From NCBI GenBank assembly GCA_929200685.1, contig CAKNAO010000001.1, positions 1,552 to 26,199 of the forward strand: a stretch of DNA of 24,648 nucleotides, given 5' to 3'. This document shows, one piece after another, positions 23,950 through 24,648 of the stretch (position 1 is its first letter; each line of letters begins with the position of its first letter). The translations under genes and the position numbers were made by a program. The DNA is from an uncultured bacterium (GTDB lineage: Bacteria; Bacillota_I; Bacilli_A; Mycoplasmatales; Metamycoplasmataceae). The notes below the pieces were generated by a model, which was not told where the DNA came from, ran no database searches, and saw only the letters and a program-made list of their open reading frames with translations.

Positions 23950-24033
23950 TTCTTTCTCCTTCATATTAATAAATAGATTAAAAAATATAAACACAATAAA
24001 AAAAGACAAATATTTTACTTATATAATTTAATT

Positions 24034-24573
24034 ATGAAAACAATTTCAATATACATAGATATTAGAAAATCTAAAGAAATGGATTTAGATGAAAAAATAA
24101 AAAAATATAGAAAAATGTATACTCAATTTTCAAGTTATAAACCCCAAAGAAATAATATTAGTCATAGAACAACAAAATATGTTGGAGATGGAGTGATATT
24201 AATTTTTAATGCTAATTCTTTAGATAATGATGAAGAATTAATTTCAATTATGAAAGAAATAGATAATAAAGTAATAACTCTAGAAGATCAAAATAATATT
24301 GATATAGGAATTGGAATTTCTTATTCTCTTGCCTCTGAAGAAGGAAATGAAGATTTATTTATTTCTCCTTCAATTGATGGAGCAGCATATGGCACTAATT
24401 TAGCTAATAAATGTATAGTAAAAAATAAAAAATGAAAATGAGTTTTACCACTCAAAATTGGAGATGATGGTGATGAATCAATTAATGAATTAAAAGAAAT
24501 TATTATAGAATCTAATAAAATTGATCAACATGAATCTAATTCTGGAAAAAATTTATGATTTGAATTTTTATAA
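24034..24573 (+). CDS. Class III nucleotide (adenylate/guanylate) cyclase domain protein (179 aa under code 4)
   Basis: YIDIRKS (D9), KYVGDGVILIF (K48, D52), IDIGIGIS, TNLANK (N122, K126). Extends past the track stop through three TGA codons to TAA at 24571-24573. Confidence 0.72.
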
Positions 24574-24648
24574 AACATAATTAATATATAAATAGTTTAT
24601 AAATTAAAAAAAATTATAATAAAATAAATTTTTATTTTAATTTTATAT

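Noticed and set aside
24034-24648. Calling the cyclase a complete Pycsar/CBASS system
   Set aside because: No effector gene is visible within the window, and the Lys at the specificity position suggests a purine substrate. Only the cyclase domain can be supported.

Overview
This is a very AT-rich chromosomal segment from a Mollicute (Mycoplasma-type) that uses genetic code 4. In-frame TGA is read as Trp, so the supplied ORF track splits almost every gene; I re-joined the fragments by hand. Nearly all genes are on the minus strand. In transcription order from right to left they are: dprA, topA, infC-rpmI-rplT (with an L20-leader-like attenuator and an ATT start), a Pr6Pr-family membrane protein, eno, a hypothetical PH-like protein, two short-chain chromate-transporter genes, a degenerate AsnA homolog, a tRNA1(Val) m6A37 methyltransferase, metG, tRNA-Leu(UAA), a nitroreductase, pfkA, pyk, an RluA/RluD pseudouridine synthase, and oppABCDF (oppF runs off the left edge). 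Only ppa and a small class III nucleotide-cyclase-like gene (24034-24573) are on the plus strand. I found no mobile element, CRISPR array or rRNA. The most notable items are: (1) a stand-alone class III cyclase with an apparently complete catalytic set; (2) a full-length AsnA homolog with essentially every catalytic motif replaced, sitting at the head of a tRNA-related operon; (3) eight genes with a -10 box 5-7 nt before an SD-less ATG, suggesting leaderless mRNAs. All family assignments come from motif recognition and were not checked by database search.
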